55,155 nucleotides of DNA, filler included, from Sphacelaria rigidula (GCA_964200075.2; 5 parts of 5 records of this genome joined end to end with filler, not necessarily neighbours in it), one strand, 5' to 3'. Numbered from the whole stretch's first letter, positions 1 through 11,052 are shown. Made by a program: numbers and translations. The notes: a model not told the origin generated them from the letters alone.

Positions 1-258
1 TTTGAAGCATGTAGAGATTGAGTGAAAATTAGGCTTGGTATTCGTAATGTCGATCTCGGAACAGTTCGAAGGGCGCTGATCGGCTGAGACACATTTTCGT
101 CCATAGCACCACCGCTACGGCGTTCAACAAAAATCCGGCTATGTCACTCCTTTCGTCTCTTCATTGCGGTCAGTATGACACCATATATGCATCTTGGGTG
201 CGTACTGCGGAAGGCATTTGCTGATGACACAATTTGGGGTGATCACCGTGAACCAGCC
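1..258 (+). repeat. Dispersed repeat homologous to the reverse complement of 20913-21432 (that copy carries a MITE insertion)
   Basis: Shared blocks TTTGAAGCATGTAGAGATT, CCACCGCTA, CCGGCTATGTCAC, GCGGAAGGCATT, TGACACAA. Confidence 0.85.
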
Positions 259-259
259 T

Positions 260-540
260 GTAGAGTATTGAGATCATACCCAAGTGATACTTTATACTCA
301 AGTATTAGTGAAAGTGCGTACTTAATATTTGAGTAAAGTATTGAGGCCGTAGTCGATCTACTCAAAATTTGAGTAGAGTGTTTGAGGTCGTACTCAATAT
401 CCTCAAAAATTGAGTAGAGTATTGGAGGCCGTACTCGACCTCCTCTAAACTTGGGTGGAGTAAATTCCCGGGTATTTTACTGGAGTACTCATAATTACAT
501 ACTCTACTCGACCTGCCCTTGAAGTATTCCACACTCTGGA
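260..540. repeat. Degenerate ~40-bp minisatellite
   Basis: Recurrent unit TGAGTAGAGTATTGAGGCCGTACTCGAT...TCAAAATT. Confidence 0.7.
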
Positions 541-770
541 CATTGGACACAATAATGGTACATTACTTCAGTAATAGACGCGGGGGAAAACCTATCGATA
601 TATATTGTCGAACACGATAGATGATGAAACACATCTATTGATATGTATCACAAGGGACAAAAGCTGTTGCAATAGTCGATCGATAGCCCATGGCAATTAC
701 AATAGATGAAGATCACTCGCCAATGATGGAAATCTTGTACCGCAATATACTCTGGCATGTTTTTTATCGA

Positions 771-1080
771 TAGACATTGCCGTTATCAATGGGTTTAGTG
801 AGCCCTCCATCGATAGTCATTGCCGTCATCAATGGATTGGGTGAGCCGTCTATCAATATCTATCACCATCAAAAGATTGGGTGAGCCATCTATCAATACC
901 TGTTACCGTCATCAATAGATTTGATGAGCCATCCATCGATAGTCCTCGCCGTCATCAATAGATTTGATGAGCCATCTATCAATACCTATTACCATCATTA
1001 GATTTGGTGAGCCGTCTATCAATAGCCTTTGCAGCCAACAAAGGATTCTGGGGTATCTCCCGATAATCATTGCCGTCGAC
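771..1080. repeat. 43/40-bp minisatellite array
   Basis: Units like TAGTCATTGCCGTCATCAATAGATTTGATGAGCCATCTATCAA in a 43-43-40 pattern repeated twice, then degenerating. Confidence 0.85.
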
Positions 1081-1331
1081 AATTGATGTTCTAGGGAGCA
1101 TTTTTTGATGGCCAGTGACGTCAACGATAGGTTTTCATAAATATATGGCTCACTGCAGGGGTCTCATGGCATCAACGGCAATGCCGCTCACACACGAATA
1201 CGCAACTACCTGAGGCGGTAGTCGGCCATACCTTCTGTGGAATGAGGTAGAAACATCTACCGGCAATATGCAATCGAAGTACATAGCAAGCGATCGACGC
1301 CATTCAGCTCCCGTTTTGGCCAGCAATAGAT

Positions 1332-1490
1332 AGTGGTGGCCTCGGTTCAGATTGCATTGTGACCAGCGATCGACATTGATGGGCGCCATCTAGATCCTAT
1401 TGTGACCAACAATATGTTTTGGTGGCCGCGTTGCAGATCCTACTGCAATTAGCGATGGACATTGGTGGCCGCAATTCAGAGCCTATTGCA
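1332..1490. repeat. 43-bp minisatellite (second sequence type)
   Basis: Units TGGTGGCC...CAGATCCTATTG...AGCGATGGACAT at 43-nt period. Confidence 0.7.
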
Positions 1491-2029
1491 ATAAATATCA
1501 TGTATTGATAGAAAACGGGGCCACTCTATTGTCACGGCAATGATGCATTCTTCCCCTTGTCCCGAATCTATTGTCGCCGACAAAAGCTATCGATAGAAGG
1601 TGATGTCAGTCGATTATGGCTGACGATAAACATTGAAGGTCAAGTTTTCGAGGCTATTGCATCCGCGATGTTCTATTACATGGTCTATTGCCCAGGGTAT
1701 TAGCACATTTCACCCACGCAAAAAAGTTTTACGAGCGCCCATGTCCATCAGAGGGACAAACCCTGAGGACCAACATCATACCAACAACAAAACTCGCAAA
1801 ATTTTGTCCATACATATTGCGGATTCCTACATCATTCAACCGTTCCAAATATGCTGAATCGTTACGTCATATTTTCACAAGTAGTGTTATCACATACCCA
1901 CTGCACCTTTACCTACTGTAACAGAGTATGATACGCGCTGTGGTACTAGGATGTGGAAATGTAGGTGTGGCAGTAGACGACAAATAATATCTTTAGGTCG
2001 GCATTGTGTACCATAATAGATTCTGGAAT

Positions 2030-2345
2030 GTATCTATCGATATTCATTGCCGGTCTCAATAGATCTTGTACACACTCTTTCAATAGCCATCACCGTCATC
2101 AATAGATTTGGTACACAATCTATCAATAGCCATCCCCCTCATCAGCATATTCGGCACACTGTCTATCGATGACCATTTTCAATAGCCATCCCCCTCATCA
2201 GCATATTCGGCACACTGTCTATCGATGACCATTTTCGATAGCCATCACCGTCATCAATGGATTTAGTGCACAATCTATCAATAGCCATCCCCCTCATCAG
2301 CATATTCGACACAGTCTATCGATGACCATTGCCGTCATCAATATG
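2030..2345. repeat. 43-bp minisatellite, same family as 771-1080
   Basis: Units TAGCCATCACCGTCATCAATAGATTTGGT...CTATCAA and TAGCCATCCCCCTCATCAGCATATTCGGCACACTGTCTATCGA. Confidence 0.85.
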
Positions 2346-2774
2346 ATCGGAAAGCTATCGACCGATATATTCGGTCGGCGGCAATAGTTTCAGGTGTAGG
2401 GCTACAATAGAATGCTACCCGCGCAATAGTGTGGGAAAGAGGTCTACCGATAGACATAGCAAACGACAAAAGAAAGAGAAACTTGCCGATCGATGACCAT
2501 CACGAACCACAATATTAGCATCTATTGCGGCAGATTCTTTTGCTTTTGTCCAGGGTGTGAAGTATGCGCACTATGTCAGGCATTGCATGGGGTGCCAGCA
2601 CAGCGCAATCATTCCGAACTTTTCAACCCACCGCACTATACTGGAGCACCCTCTCTACAAGTTTGACCGCCGCGGCGCATCAACTTTATTGTTTTGCCGT
2701 ATATTGTTGATAGATACCATTGAAGGCGCGTTTGAGAGGACGGGCTAATGTGCGGAATCAAAAAGTTTTTTTTT

Positions 2775-2950
2775 ATAGTAACGATATGACATTGATAATG
2801 GTGATGATAAGGAGAATGATAGTAATGGTGATGATGATACTAAGTATTATAATAAAAAAAAATAATGATGATATAAAAATAATAGTAATGATAGTGATGA
2901 TACAAAAAAAATGGTGAGAGTAAGAGCAATCACGATGACAAAAACAATAA
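2775..2950. repeat. Degenerate (ATG/ATA)n low-complexity tract
   Basis: Runs of GATGAT/AATAAT/GATAAT. Confidence 0.75.
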
Positions 2951-3483
2951 CTTGAGAACGTGAGCTTTCATGGTCTGCCGCACAGCATTGGCGTCGTACA
3001 TGAGCTTTCACATTACCAGTCGTAAAACGTCGAAGATTGATATAAACTGAAAGCCTCAGTTTTTATGCCATGCGGCACTGCATAGGTATAGCAATTGGTA
3101 CATGAACCATATGAAACGCAGGCTGCTAGAGCTCTCATGTTTCTTGCCGCCTGTAAGGGGGATTATTAGCGGGTCTATTTTTTTCCGGGTATCTCCGAAT
3201 TTGTAGGATTTTTCTTCTCTCTCCGCGGAAAAACGTGAGGGCAGATTGACGAGGGTCAGGCAATAGATTAACTCAAGAATGACTACACAATTTCTCCACA
3301 TCAGTAGCGTCGTTTCCCCCCCCCCAGCAATTCTGTTTTGGGAGAAGTCGGGAAAGAAATCCATTTTTTCCGAAATGGTGAGGGACAATAGTATTTGAAA
3401 AAATGCCCAGTTATTTCAACATCCCGCAATGTGATAGTATTGAACAAGAATATGATGGAACGTTTGTGTCGCATTACCGACAG

Positions 3484-3661
3484 ATCCGGCGAGAGGCGCA
3501 GGCAGCAGCGGCGCATCATCCTCAGGGGCATGTGGACGTGTCCACCGTGGGCAAGCACGGTCTCCCGATGGTTGACGCCTGCATCAAGGAGGCACAGCGG
3601 CTGTATCCGGTTGCCCCGTTCGTCGTGCGCTACTTGTCCTCTGATCTCAAGCTCAAAGACG
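3484..3661 (+). CDS. Cytochrome P450 internal exon (J/K helix)
   Basis: cag|ATC...GAC G|gtgag; IRREAQAAAAHHPQGHVDVSTVGKHGLPMVDACIKEAQRLYPVAPFVVRYLSSDLKLKD contains the K-helix ExxR motif (EAQR-LYP). Confidence 0.9.
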
Positions 3662-3954
3662 GTGAGAGATTTTGGTCAGTGCACTTGACTTCGGTCGCCG
3701 ACAAGGCAGAGGACGTAGCAAACCACTTGGGTGCCGGATTCCAATAATGGACCGCTGAGGAAAATATCAGAAGTAGTGCGGGGCAAGCAGTGCACACGCG
3801 TCAGAGGTTTTAAAACAACGGAGTACACGGTAGGCTGTGGTTTAAGGTGGTACAATACCCGCAGTGAGAATGGAGCTGGTCACAGACAGCGTCCGGGTTA
3901 CTGATGTCGATCCTTAGTCGCCGATTTTGTTCCGGGAAAAGGTCTGGTCTGGCG

Positions 3955-4190
3955 AGGGAGGGGGGGTGTACTCATGATCTTGCATGCCGTAGTCATATCA
4001 TTGACTTTGCATCCCTGCAAGCCGGGACGGAGCACGCCGGGTTTTCCCTGGACCAAGCTCACAATCAATCATCAAGCGCAAAGCGCCGTGATGTGTTTGG
4101 CGAGTCGCAGGAAAGGTGACCTGTATCCTGCTAAGATTGTTCGGCCCGAAGCATTCCAATTATCTTGCATGTGTATGACAGCACTCGAGG
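3955..4190 (+). mobile_element. ~310-bp dispersed repeat family A, 3'-truncated copy
   Basis: G-run then TGTACTCATGATC...GCCGGGACGGAGCACGCCGGGTTTT...CTGCTAAGATTGTTCGGCCCGAAGC; same as 8709-9019. Confidence 0.85.
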
Positions 4191-4753
4191 GGTTACCCCA
4201 ACCCTCCTAGACTGCGTACAAAGTAGTCATTTTTCAGAGAAACCCATGTGTGTGCATGTGTGCGCGCGTGCCAGTGCGAACGCTTATGACTTGACTCTTA
4301 TTTTTAACACCGCATGCCCCTCGTCTAATGTGTATCTTCAAAGTGCTCGCAGTGAAAGAGTAGATATGTGATGGACTCCAACCCGTTCCACAAAACCCGG
4401 GGGTCACAGCAGGGTACCGTAGCACACATCTGTGATTTTCCGGAGGAAAATTCTTTAAGATGCAGGAGCCCGCCCTGTAGAATGAGAAATGTCTGTTTAT
4501 CTGGAAAATAATAAAAAAATGTTCATGTAGGCACTTGGGCACGTGCGAATATCGTACGTACACCGACGAGATCTCGAAAAGGCTGTAGGTGTCATGAGCA
4601 CCACGGTGGGTGGAAGTCGAAGCACGATAAGATCAGCGGATGTGGTAACGTGGGGGTTTCACGGTAGGCAACTGGCATCATCAGCGCACGTGGATGCCTC
4701 GCTAGCAAGAGCGATTGGAAATATTTTGCAAGCGGTGGAACCGATAGCATGGC

Positions 4754-5066
4754 GTGTGTGTGTTGTCATCCCATCTATTCTGGACGCCAGTCTACACCTT
4801 TCGGTATATGTGGGCGCATCAGCCGGGGTTACGCAGGAAGGGGGCCAACCCAGGAGAGTTTTGTTTTTTATTTGGTTTTAGCACTACTTCACCTTCCTTC
4901 TGCGGTGCTCGCCCTGTTTTTTTATCGCGAGAGGGATTCAGCTGCTCCTTTGCCTCGTCAACGATGAAGTCAAATGTTGTGTACCCACCACATGGTCACT
5001 CTCCACTGTTGAGTATTGTGTGAGAAAAAGTCCCAGATGGTGCAACTGCACCGAGATTCGAACCTA
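4754..5066 (-). mobile_element. tRNA-derived SINE-like element with (CA)n tail, 5'-truncated
   Basis: Reverse complement of the 7008-7380 body; B-box GGTTCGAATC at ~5055-5064. Confidence 0.85.
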
Positions 5067-5599
5067 CGTACACGTAGAATAGTCCCACCCCCAAAAGCAT
5101 ATCAGGAAAGCTCGTAAAACATACCAATGCGCGTGCACACACTCAGTGGGGGATAGAGGGGGGGCGCAGGGGTATTCATTTGTTGCTTGCCTTAGTCGTT
5201 TGACCATTGATCACGCATCCCTTTCGAGGCAGAGCACCGTTCCTACTTCACCGGCAATGGTGAAGACTGATATACACTTCACGCGAAACCGTCGGACACA
5301 AAATTTCGCAGTTGGTAGAACGAATATTTCGCTTCGGGGTAGGCTACATGATTTGGAGGCGTTCCTGCAGTCCCAGGTCCCCGCCAGCGTGGGCACGTTA
5401 CAGATGCGAGTATTTTCCGTTAGGGAATGGATAATGGCCTGGGCATTGGCGTCGTTGCAAAGCGAGCCCCTCTCCGAATGCACCCACGTAGTGGCCTTAG
5501 ATTTGAGTGGCTAGAGTGCCCCTCAGCGTGCACCATGTATGAATTCTCAACCGTTTTCTTTTTTTTATCCTCAGGATTTTTTGGAATGGTAATTAGGTT

Positions 5600-5780
5600 A
5601 TGCCTTATCAGATTACTTTCGACTCGAAATCGTACGGTGGAATCGAGCTTGCTCGTACCTGATACGCGCACGGCACTCATGTTCTCAACCATCTGAGAAA
5701 ATGAATAGCGTGGACGAATCGGAAACGAGCGAATTGTATTCGACCGCACGTTTTCGACACCAAAGCAATTTGATAAGACA
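5600..5780. mobile_element. Imperfect inverted-repeat (MITE-like) element
   Basis: CTTATCAGATTACTTT..TCGAAATCGTACGGTGGAAT..TTGCTCGT pairs with ACGAGCGAA..ATTCGACCGCACGTTTTCGA..AAAGCAATTTGATAAG. Confidence 0.65.
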
Positions 5781-6050
5781 CCGCCTTATTTTGCGAAAGT
5801 AGCCCGAACGGCCGACCTTGAATTTAAATAAACAGGCTTGATTTCCGTCAGAAAGCTCCGGATCTTATCACGGGGTGGAGGAAGAAGTAATACTTCAGGT
5901 CTTGTGCTGTAATGGGGGTTAAGAACCTGTCGTTTTGAGGATACGTTTGGTGATGAGATGTACTAGTGGAGGCTCAACCGTTGTGCGGTGGGTTGCCAGT
6001 CCGGCATGACTCGACTGTAGTGAGACTCGCGCACTCTATATGTGTATATA

Positions 6051-6229
6051 TATACCACACCCTGGACAAAATATGGTCAACAGATTCAACAGACGAGAGG
6101 TGTACTGCATAAAGTATGGGCCTATTGCAACTATTGCCGGCCGACAATAGCCGCAATAGGCAAATGCTTTATGCAGTACGTTTCTTGTCTATACAACTAT
6201 TGACCATTTATTGTCCAAGGTGTGATATC
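6051..6229. mobile_element. Fold-back MITE (~180 bp)
   Basis: CACACCTGGACAA..ATGGTCAA..GTACTGCATAAAG..CCTATTGC pairs with GCAATAGG..CTTTATGCAGTAC..TTGACCAT..TTGTCCAAGGTGTG. Confidence 0.8.
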
Positions 6230-6910
6230 TACCGATGCAGCAGAATTAAGTGAAGTGTATCGGACTTGTTACCATGAAGTATGACCGCACTCCAGAGGGA
6301 CTCCTCACGGTACCGATAGCAGTACAATTATTTGGGAGTTGTACAACAGTACAGCGGGTTGGACTCGTAGTGGGGAGCCATTTTTGGCCGCACTTTCAAT
6401 GGTGAGGTACTGACGACACCTTTTTGTACGGGCTGGTTTACGCTTTCGACCCCAAATTCCACACATCGGACAGCTCATGAGCTACCTGGATATTACTCCC
6501 TTTATTCAAATGAAAGAAAATGAATGATTGCGGTGACAGGGTGAGTCTAAGTGTTGCATCTCTAGTGTCATTTTTTAACCCCAATTAAAAAAAATTACGC
6601 CGCCGCGCATCGTTGTTTTCGCGTGATCGTACCAGCCGCCGCGCCCCCGTGGTGTAAATTGAAATGGTCAAATTGTCATCATCAAGGTGAAGAGAACGTT
6701 GGTTCGATTCCCGCCATATGATTTATTTTTTTTCCAAGGTTGTGTTCTGTAGGGTGTACCGGGCGATATTTGAGTGTTTTCAGAAGCATAAAGAGGTTTT
6801 GTATCGGTAAATGACGTGTTCCAGACCATGCTGGAGCGTTCGGAACAGGGGTCGATACCCTTCCGAACCATGCCGGAACGTTCCACATCCTGGATGATGA
6901 CGATAGAATA

Positions 6911-7009
6911 CACAGTCAAGAAGTGTACTGCGCATAGTGTCGACTATTGCGCCTATTGCAACATAAAATAGATTTCGTACTGTACGCAGTACGTACATTT
7001 TTTGACAGT
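6911..7009. mobile_element. ~96-bp hairpin mini-MITE
   Basis: Homologous to 9953-10048; self-complementary ends GTCAAGAAGTGTACTGCG / CGCAGTAC..TTTTTGAC. Confidence 0.75.
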
Positions 7010-7342
7010 CGCCCCTGTGGCTCAGTTTGAAGCCCCGACACCTTCTGACGGTTGGGTCGTGGGTTCAAACCTCGGAACGATCTGGGATTTTTTATCGCAC
7101 CATGCCCAATGGTGGAAAGTAACTGTGTTGTGGGTACACAAAATTCGACTCGACGGCCGACGAGGGAAAGGAACTGCTGAACCCCTTTCGCGATAATAAA
7201 TAAAGGCAAGAACCGCAGAAGGAGGGTAGTAACAAACAAAAACGAAAAAAGTCCTGTGTCGACCTTCCTCCTGTGTGACCCCGGCTGATGCGCCCACATA
7301 TACCGAAAGGTGTACACCGGCTTCCAGAATGGAAGGGACGAC

Positions 7343-7380
<38 letters not shown>
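7008..7380 (+). mobile_element. tRNA-derived SINE-like element with (CA)n tail
   Basis: A-box-like GTGGCTCAGTTTG, stem-loop ACC-TTCTGAC-GGT, B-box GGTTCAAACC, conserved body (GCGCCCACATATACCGAAAGG...CCAGAAT), long (CA)n tail. Confidence 0.85.
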
Positions 7381-7383
<3 letters not shown>

Positions 7384-8125
7384 TCTGTTGTCCAGGGTGT
7401 GGAACGTTTGCTACACATTCCGGTATGGTTTATCTTGGTACGCCAACCAAAATTCCCTCGCTTCCGGGTATACCGTACAAAGCACAACCTTGATTTTTCC
7501 CTTCGACAAAATTTGTGTGGATTGTTGTATTGACACCCTTAGATACACGAAGAGCTGTCGAAGTACACGCATGGTGATCTATCGATTACAAGGATTTGTT
7601 TACCTGTCACTGTGTCGTCGCAGTTTATTGAGATATGTTCGGTGGAAGGTTTTCCAGGATGTAGGCCGGCCGTTCTTTTTTCATTATGACCTTATCCACG
7701 AACCTGTTTGTTTCTGTGGCGTTTTTTCTTGTCCTTGAATACCGTGTTGTTTTTCACAAGGGAGGTCGCGCAGTCTAGTTTTTTTTTATCTTCAGTGATA
7801 ACGATGCACTCAAGTAAGGTTTGGGCAAAGTGATTGACGTGTTTTCGCGTCCACATCGGTAGGTTGACGGCGATTCAGCACACTTCATTTGTGTGGATGT
7901 ATGCCCATGAAGCACTTTGTGTATCGATTATCGTAACACATTTATTGTTCCTGAAGCAAAGATGCTATTATAGGCCCTTCATGGTCGAGAGGACTCAAGA
8001 AAAAACTGAACCGTGACAAACCTAACCGCGATCTTTACAATACACATGCATCCATGTACGCTCACATACACAAGGTTGTGATCTGTCTCGTATTTCCGAT
8101 CGCATCCGTTGACGTCATTTTCCAG

Positions 8126-8247
8126 GCACGCTTCTTCCGGCCGGGGCCTTGGCGTGCGTTTGGATATACGGGCTTCACCACCACCCAAGATTATGGGATT
8201 CCCCTGAGGCGTTTTTACCAAGGCGATGGCTAGCTGGCGGTCGACAG
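8126..8247 (+). CDS. Cytochrome P450 next exon (beta region and meander)
   Basis: ttccag|GC...CAG|gtacgt, phase-compatible with 3484-3661; (G)TLLPAGALACVWIYGLHHHPRLWDSPEAFLPRRWLAGGRQ matches the IPAG..LH..P..W..P..F.PxRW pattern. Confidence 0.9.
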
Positions 8248-8351
8248 GTACGTACGAACAGGCAAAATGATCATCGCGCAAACGTGTACCGAACGGACAA
8301 GATCTAAATATCCTGTCCATTATATCAGGTGTACTATAACGAATCTTCCTA

Positions 8352-8527
8352 TAATCTTAACCCAACCCTGACCCCAAGCCTAATCCTGTACCTAACCCTG
8401 ACCCTAACCCTGATTCTGACCCGGACCCGGAACCTGAACCTGAACCTAACCCTGATTTCAAGTCTGACCCTGACCCTGACCCGAAACCTGAACCTAAACT
8501 TGATTCTATGCCGGACCCTGACCCTAG
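8352..8527. repeat. Degenerate hexamer array resembling (CCCTAA)n telomeric repeat
   Basis: CCTAACCCTGACCCTAACCCTGA..GAACCTGAACCTAACCCTGA; 6-nt period. Confidence 0.75.
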
Positions 8528-8708
8528 CGCGAGGTAGACCGTTAACCTTCGGACAACGGCTCCTCCACCCTACTTGCGCTGGTAGACAGCAGTCTGGTGC
8601 TGGCAGCTGGGCAGACCCCGGTCGTGCGGTGCCCACGTGAAAATAATTCCTTTGCCCGTCGATCCTACATGTATTTCCCTTTCGCTCCAGGATATATCAC
8701 TGTACAGT

Positions 8709-9019
8709 GAGGGAGGTGTACTCATGATCGTGCATGCCAAAGTCGTATGATCATTGACCTCGCATCCCTACAAAGCCGGGACGGAGCACGCCGGGTTTTC
8801 GCCGGACCAGACTCGCGCTCAGTCACCACGCGCGAAGCGCTGTTGTGTGTTCGGCGAGTCGCATGGAGGGTGAGCTGCGTCGTGCTAAGATTGTTTGGCC
8901 CGAAGCGTACTGCTTATCGTGCATTTGGATGGTAACCTCCAATGAGTTGCTTCATTTTCCGGTATCGCTACTTCCAGAGACAGTCATGGCTTATACATTG
9001 CCTCATGGGTGTCTTACCA
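8709..9019 (+). mobile_element. Repeat family A, full copy
   Basis: GAGGGAGGTGTACTCATG ... CCTCATGGGTGTCTTACCA. Confidence 0.85.
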
Positions 9020-9952
9020 GCGGGGGAGGTCCCACTACAGCGGGGCCCTCGAAGGCGGGATCCCACCTTCGTTTACATACGTACAATGAGTTATACGAAT
9101 ATCACGTGATGACACTGTACTTGTTTTGTGCGGGATACCGGCATTGTGCGGTCATGCCAGGCTGGCGACCAGCCGCACTGATCTGGGACCCCTTTTGTAC
9201 ATCTAGTAATGCGTATGGTTTGCAGTGAAGAAAATAGAGGTACGCTATACTGTAGAAGCCATGAACAGTATGTACCGACGGGCTGAATGACACATGCAAG
9301 TTTCTTCTTTTTTGGCTTTATGCATGCATTAACCTGTGCAAAATAGATCACCAAAAAGACATGAAGCAAAACTTGCGCGTTCAGCTCGTCGGGCACTGCA
9401 GTACATTCAGCAACAAAGGAGGGAAGGAGGTGTTGGGCTCGGTTGATTACCTGCGGTCTGTGTAGACCTTCGTTGAGTCTTATGTTCGGTGATTTTATCT
9501 CAGTCAAGGAAGAATGTGTATATTGACAACCCTTGTGGGCGCCAGGCATCGTTTCGGAACAGTACTAGGTAATATGGGCACCAGCCTACCGCGTATGAAT
9601 CAGACAATATTTGATTGGTTGTTGGGTTGAATGGGTTTGGATGTGTTTATATATATATATACATATATTGACAAGGGGAAGACAATATCGACAGCCGATC
9701 GTCGCCGCCGAAAAACCCTGCGCTACAGCTGAACGGCTTCTCTCTGTTGCAAACACGATGCACCAATTACAACACATCATGAAAAAGTAGAGAGAACTTG
9801 ACTTGAAAAACGGTTAGAGGTGAGCAACCTACTGGAAGTGGACGTACATTCATCTAGACTGCAACACTCGAAAATTCACTTGAAATACGAAGTCCCCCCC
9901 CATCCCTTTCTCTTGTGCGTCATACTTTTCACACCCCGGACTAGAGGTTTCG

Positions 9953-10048
9953 CACTGTCCAAAAATGTACTGCGTACAGTATAGACTATTGCGTCTATTG
10001 TGATACACAATAGATTCCATATTGTACACAGCACACTTTTTGACAATG
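9953..10048. mobile_element. ~96-bp hairpin mini-MITE, second copy
   Basis: CACTGTCCAAAAATGTACTGCGTACAGTAT ... ATATTGTACACAGCACACTTTTTGACAATG. Confidence 0.75.
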
Positions 10049-10080
10049 AAATCCCCTGTCCGGGGCGCAATACTTTTTTC

Positions 10081-10198
10081 ACCCCCCTCCTCGAGCCTGG
10101 TCCGGCGAAAACCCGGCGCGCTTCGTCCCGGCTTCGTAGGGATGCGAGGTCAAACGTCTGACGACTACGGCATGCATGATCATGAGTGCACCCCCCCG
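10081..10198 (-). mobile_element. Repeat family A, short 5' variant
   Basis: Reverse complement of the first ~120 bp of family A, G-rich at both ends. Confidence 0.8.
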
Positions 10199-10410
10199 CG
10201 CCGCCTCCCCTCTCTCCCGGGCACGACTCCGCATTCTCAAGGGATCGATCAACTCATCTTTCCCCCGATGCAGTACACCCCCGCATTTTGGAACTGCCGG
10301 CTGGATCGACACTCCCGCCCTCTCGCACCGCGTGGGCTCTAGTCAATGTGTCCACTCTGCAATTCACGTCCGCACGCTTTCAAATGAAGGGAATGAGATG
10401 GATACTCTTC

Positions 10411-10719
10411 GGTGGGGGTGTAATCATGATCTCGCGTGGCATTGTGATTAGACCATTGGCCTCGCATCCCTACAAAGCCGGGACGGAGCACGCCGGGTTT
10501 TCCGAGGACCAGGCTCGCAATCAATCACCACGTGCAAAACGCCGTTTTGTTCGGAGAGTCTCATGAAGGTCGAGCTGCATCCTGCTAAGAGTGTTGGGTC
10601 CGAAGCCTACTGACTATTTTGCATTCGGATGATAGCCGTCAATGAGTTGCTTCATTTTCTGGTATCGCCACTTGAAGAGGCAGCCATGACTTAGACACTG
10701 CCTCATGGGTGTCTCACCA
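10411..10719 (+). mobile_element. Repeat family A, full copy
   Basis: GGGGGTGTAATCATGATC ... CCTCATGGGTGTCTCACCA. Confidence 0.85.
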
Positions 10720-10839
10720 CTTAAACCTTAATTAGGGGGGGTAGGAATCGAGCCCTCAACCTTTCACCCCAACTGTATCGCGGCAGCTACTCTAAACTTA
10801 CAACCTCTTTCCCCCCCCCCTCCCCCCTCCCATACACAA

Positions 10840-10952
10840 TGGTGAGGCACCCATGAGGCAGTGTATAAGCTGTGGCTGTCTCGGGAAGTGGCGATACCAG
10901 AAAATAAAGCAACTCATTGTAGGCTGTCATCCAAATGCAAGATAATGAGTAG
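10840..10952 (-). mobile_element. Repeat family A, 3' part cut by contig end
   Basis: TGGTGAGGCACCCATGAGGCAGTGT...GGCGATACCAGAAAAT is the reverse complement of the family A 3' end. Confidence 0.85.
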
Positions 10953-11052
10953 NNNNNNNNNNNNNNNNNNNNNNNNNNNNNNNNNNNNNNNNNNNNTTAA
11001 TTAATTAANNNNNNNNNNNNNNNNNNNNNNNNNNNNNNNNNNNNNNNNNNNN
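10953..11052. other. Artificial contig linker (N44-TTAATTAATTAA-N44)
   Basis: 100-nt spacer whose 12-mer gives stop codons in all six frames; recurs identically every 11051 nt. Confidence 0.97.

Larger units (their letters stand above)
6735..7492. mobile_element. Inverted-repeat element interrupted by a mini-MITE and a SINE
   Basis: Outer CAAGGTTGTG../..CACAACCTTG and inner AACCATGCCGGAACGTTCCACATCCTGGA / TCCAGGGTGTGGAACG..TTCCGGTATGGTT arms flank inserts at 6911-7380. Confidence 0.7.

Noticed and set aside
771-2345. CRISPR-like array
   Set aside because: Units vary along their whole length, there are no unique spacers between constant repeats, there are no cas genes, and the context is eukaryotic
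7008-7075. Functional tRNA gene
   Set aside because: No proper acceptor stem; it continues into a repeated body with a CA tail, so it is a SINE head
8329-8640. LTLTL/RVRVR repeat proteins
   Set aside because: They are translations of the telomere-like hexamer array
9124-9153. FCAGYRHCAV as the P450 heme-binding motif
   Set aside because: It lacks the Gly after Cys-x, the following L-helix pattern and a convincing acceptor; the true FxxGxRxCxG exon is probably off-contig
10997-11008. TTAATTAATTAA as a biological motif
   Set aside because: It is embedded in N runs and identical at all four joins: an assembly linker
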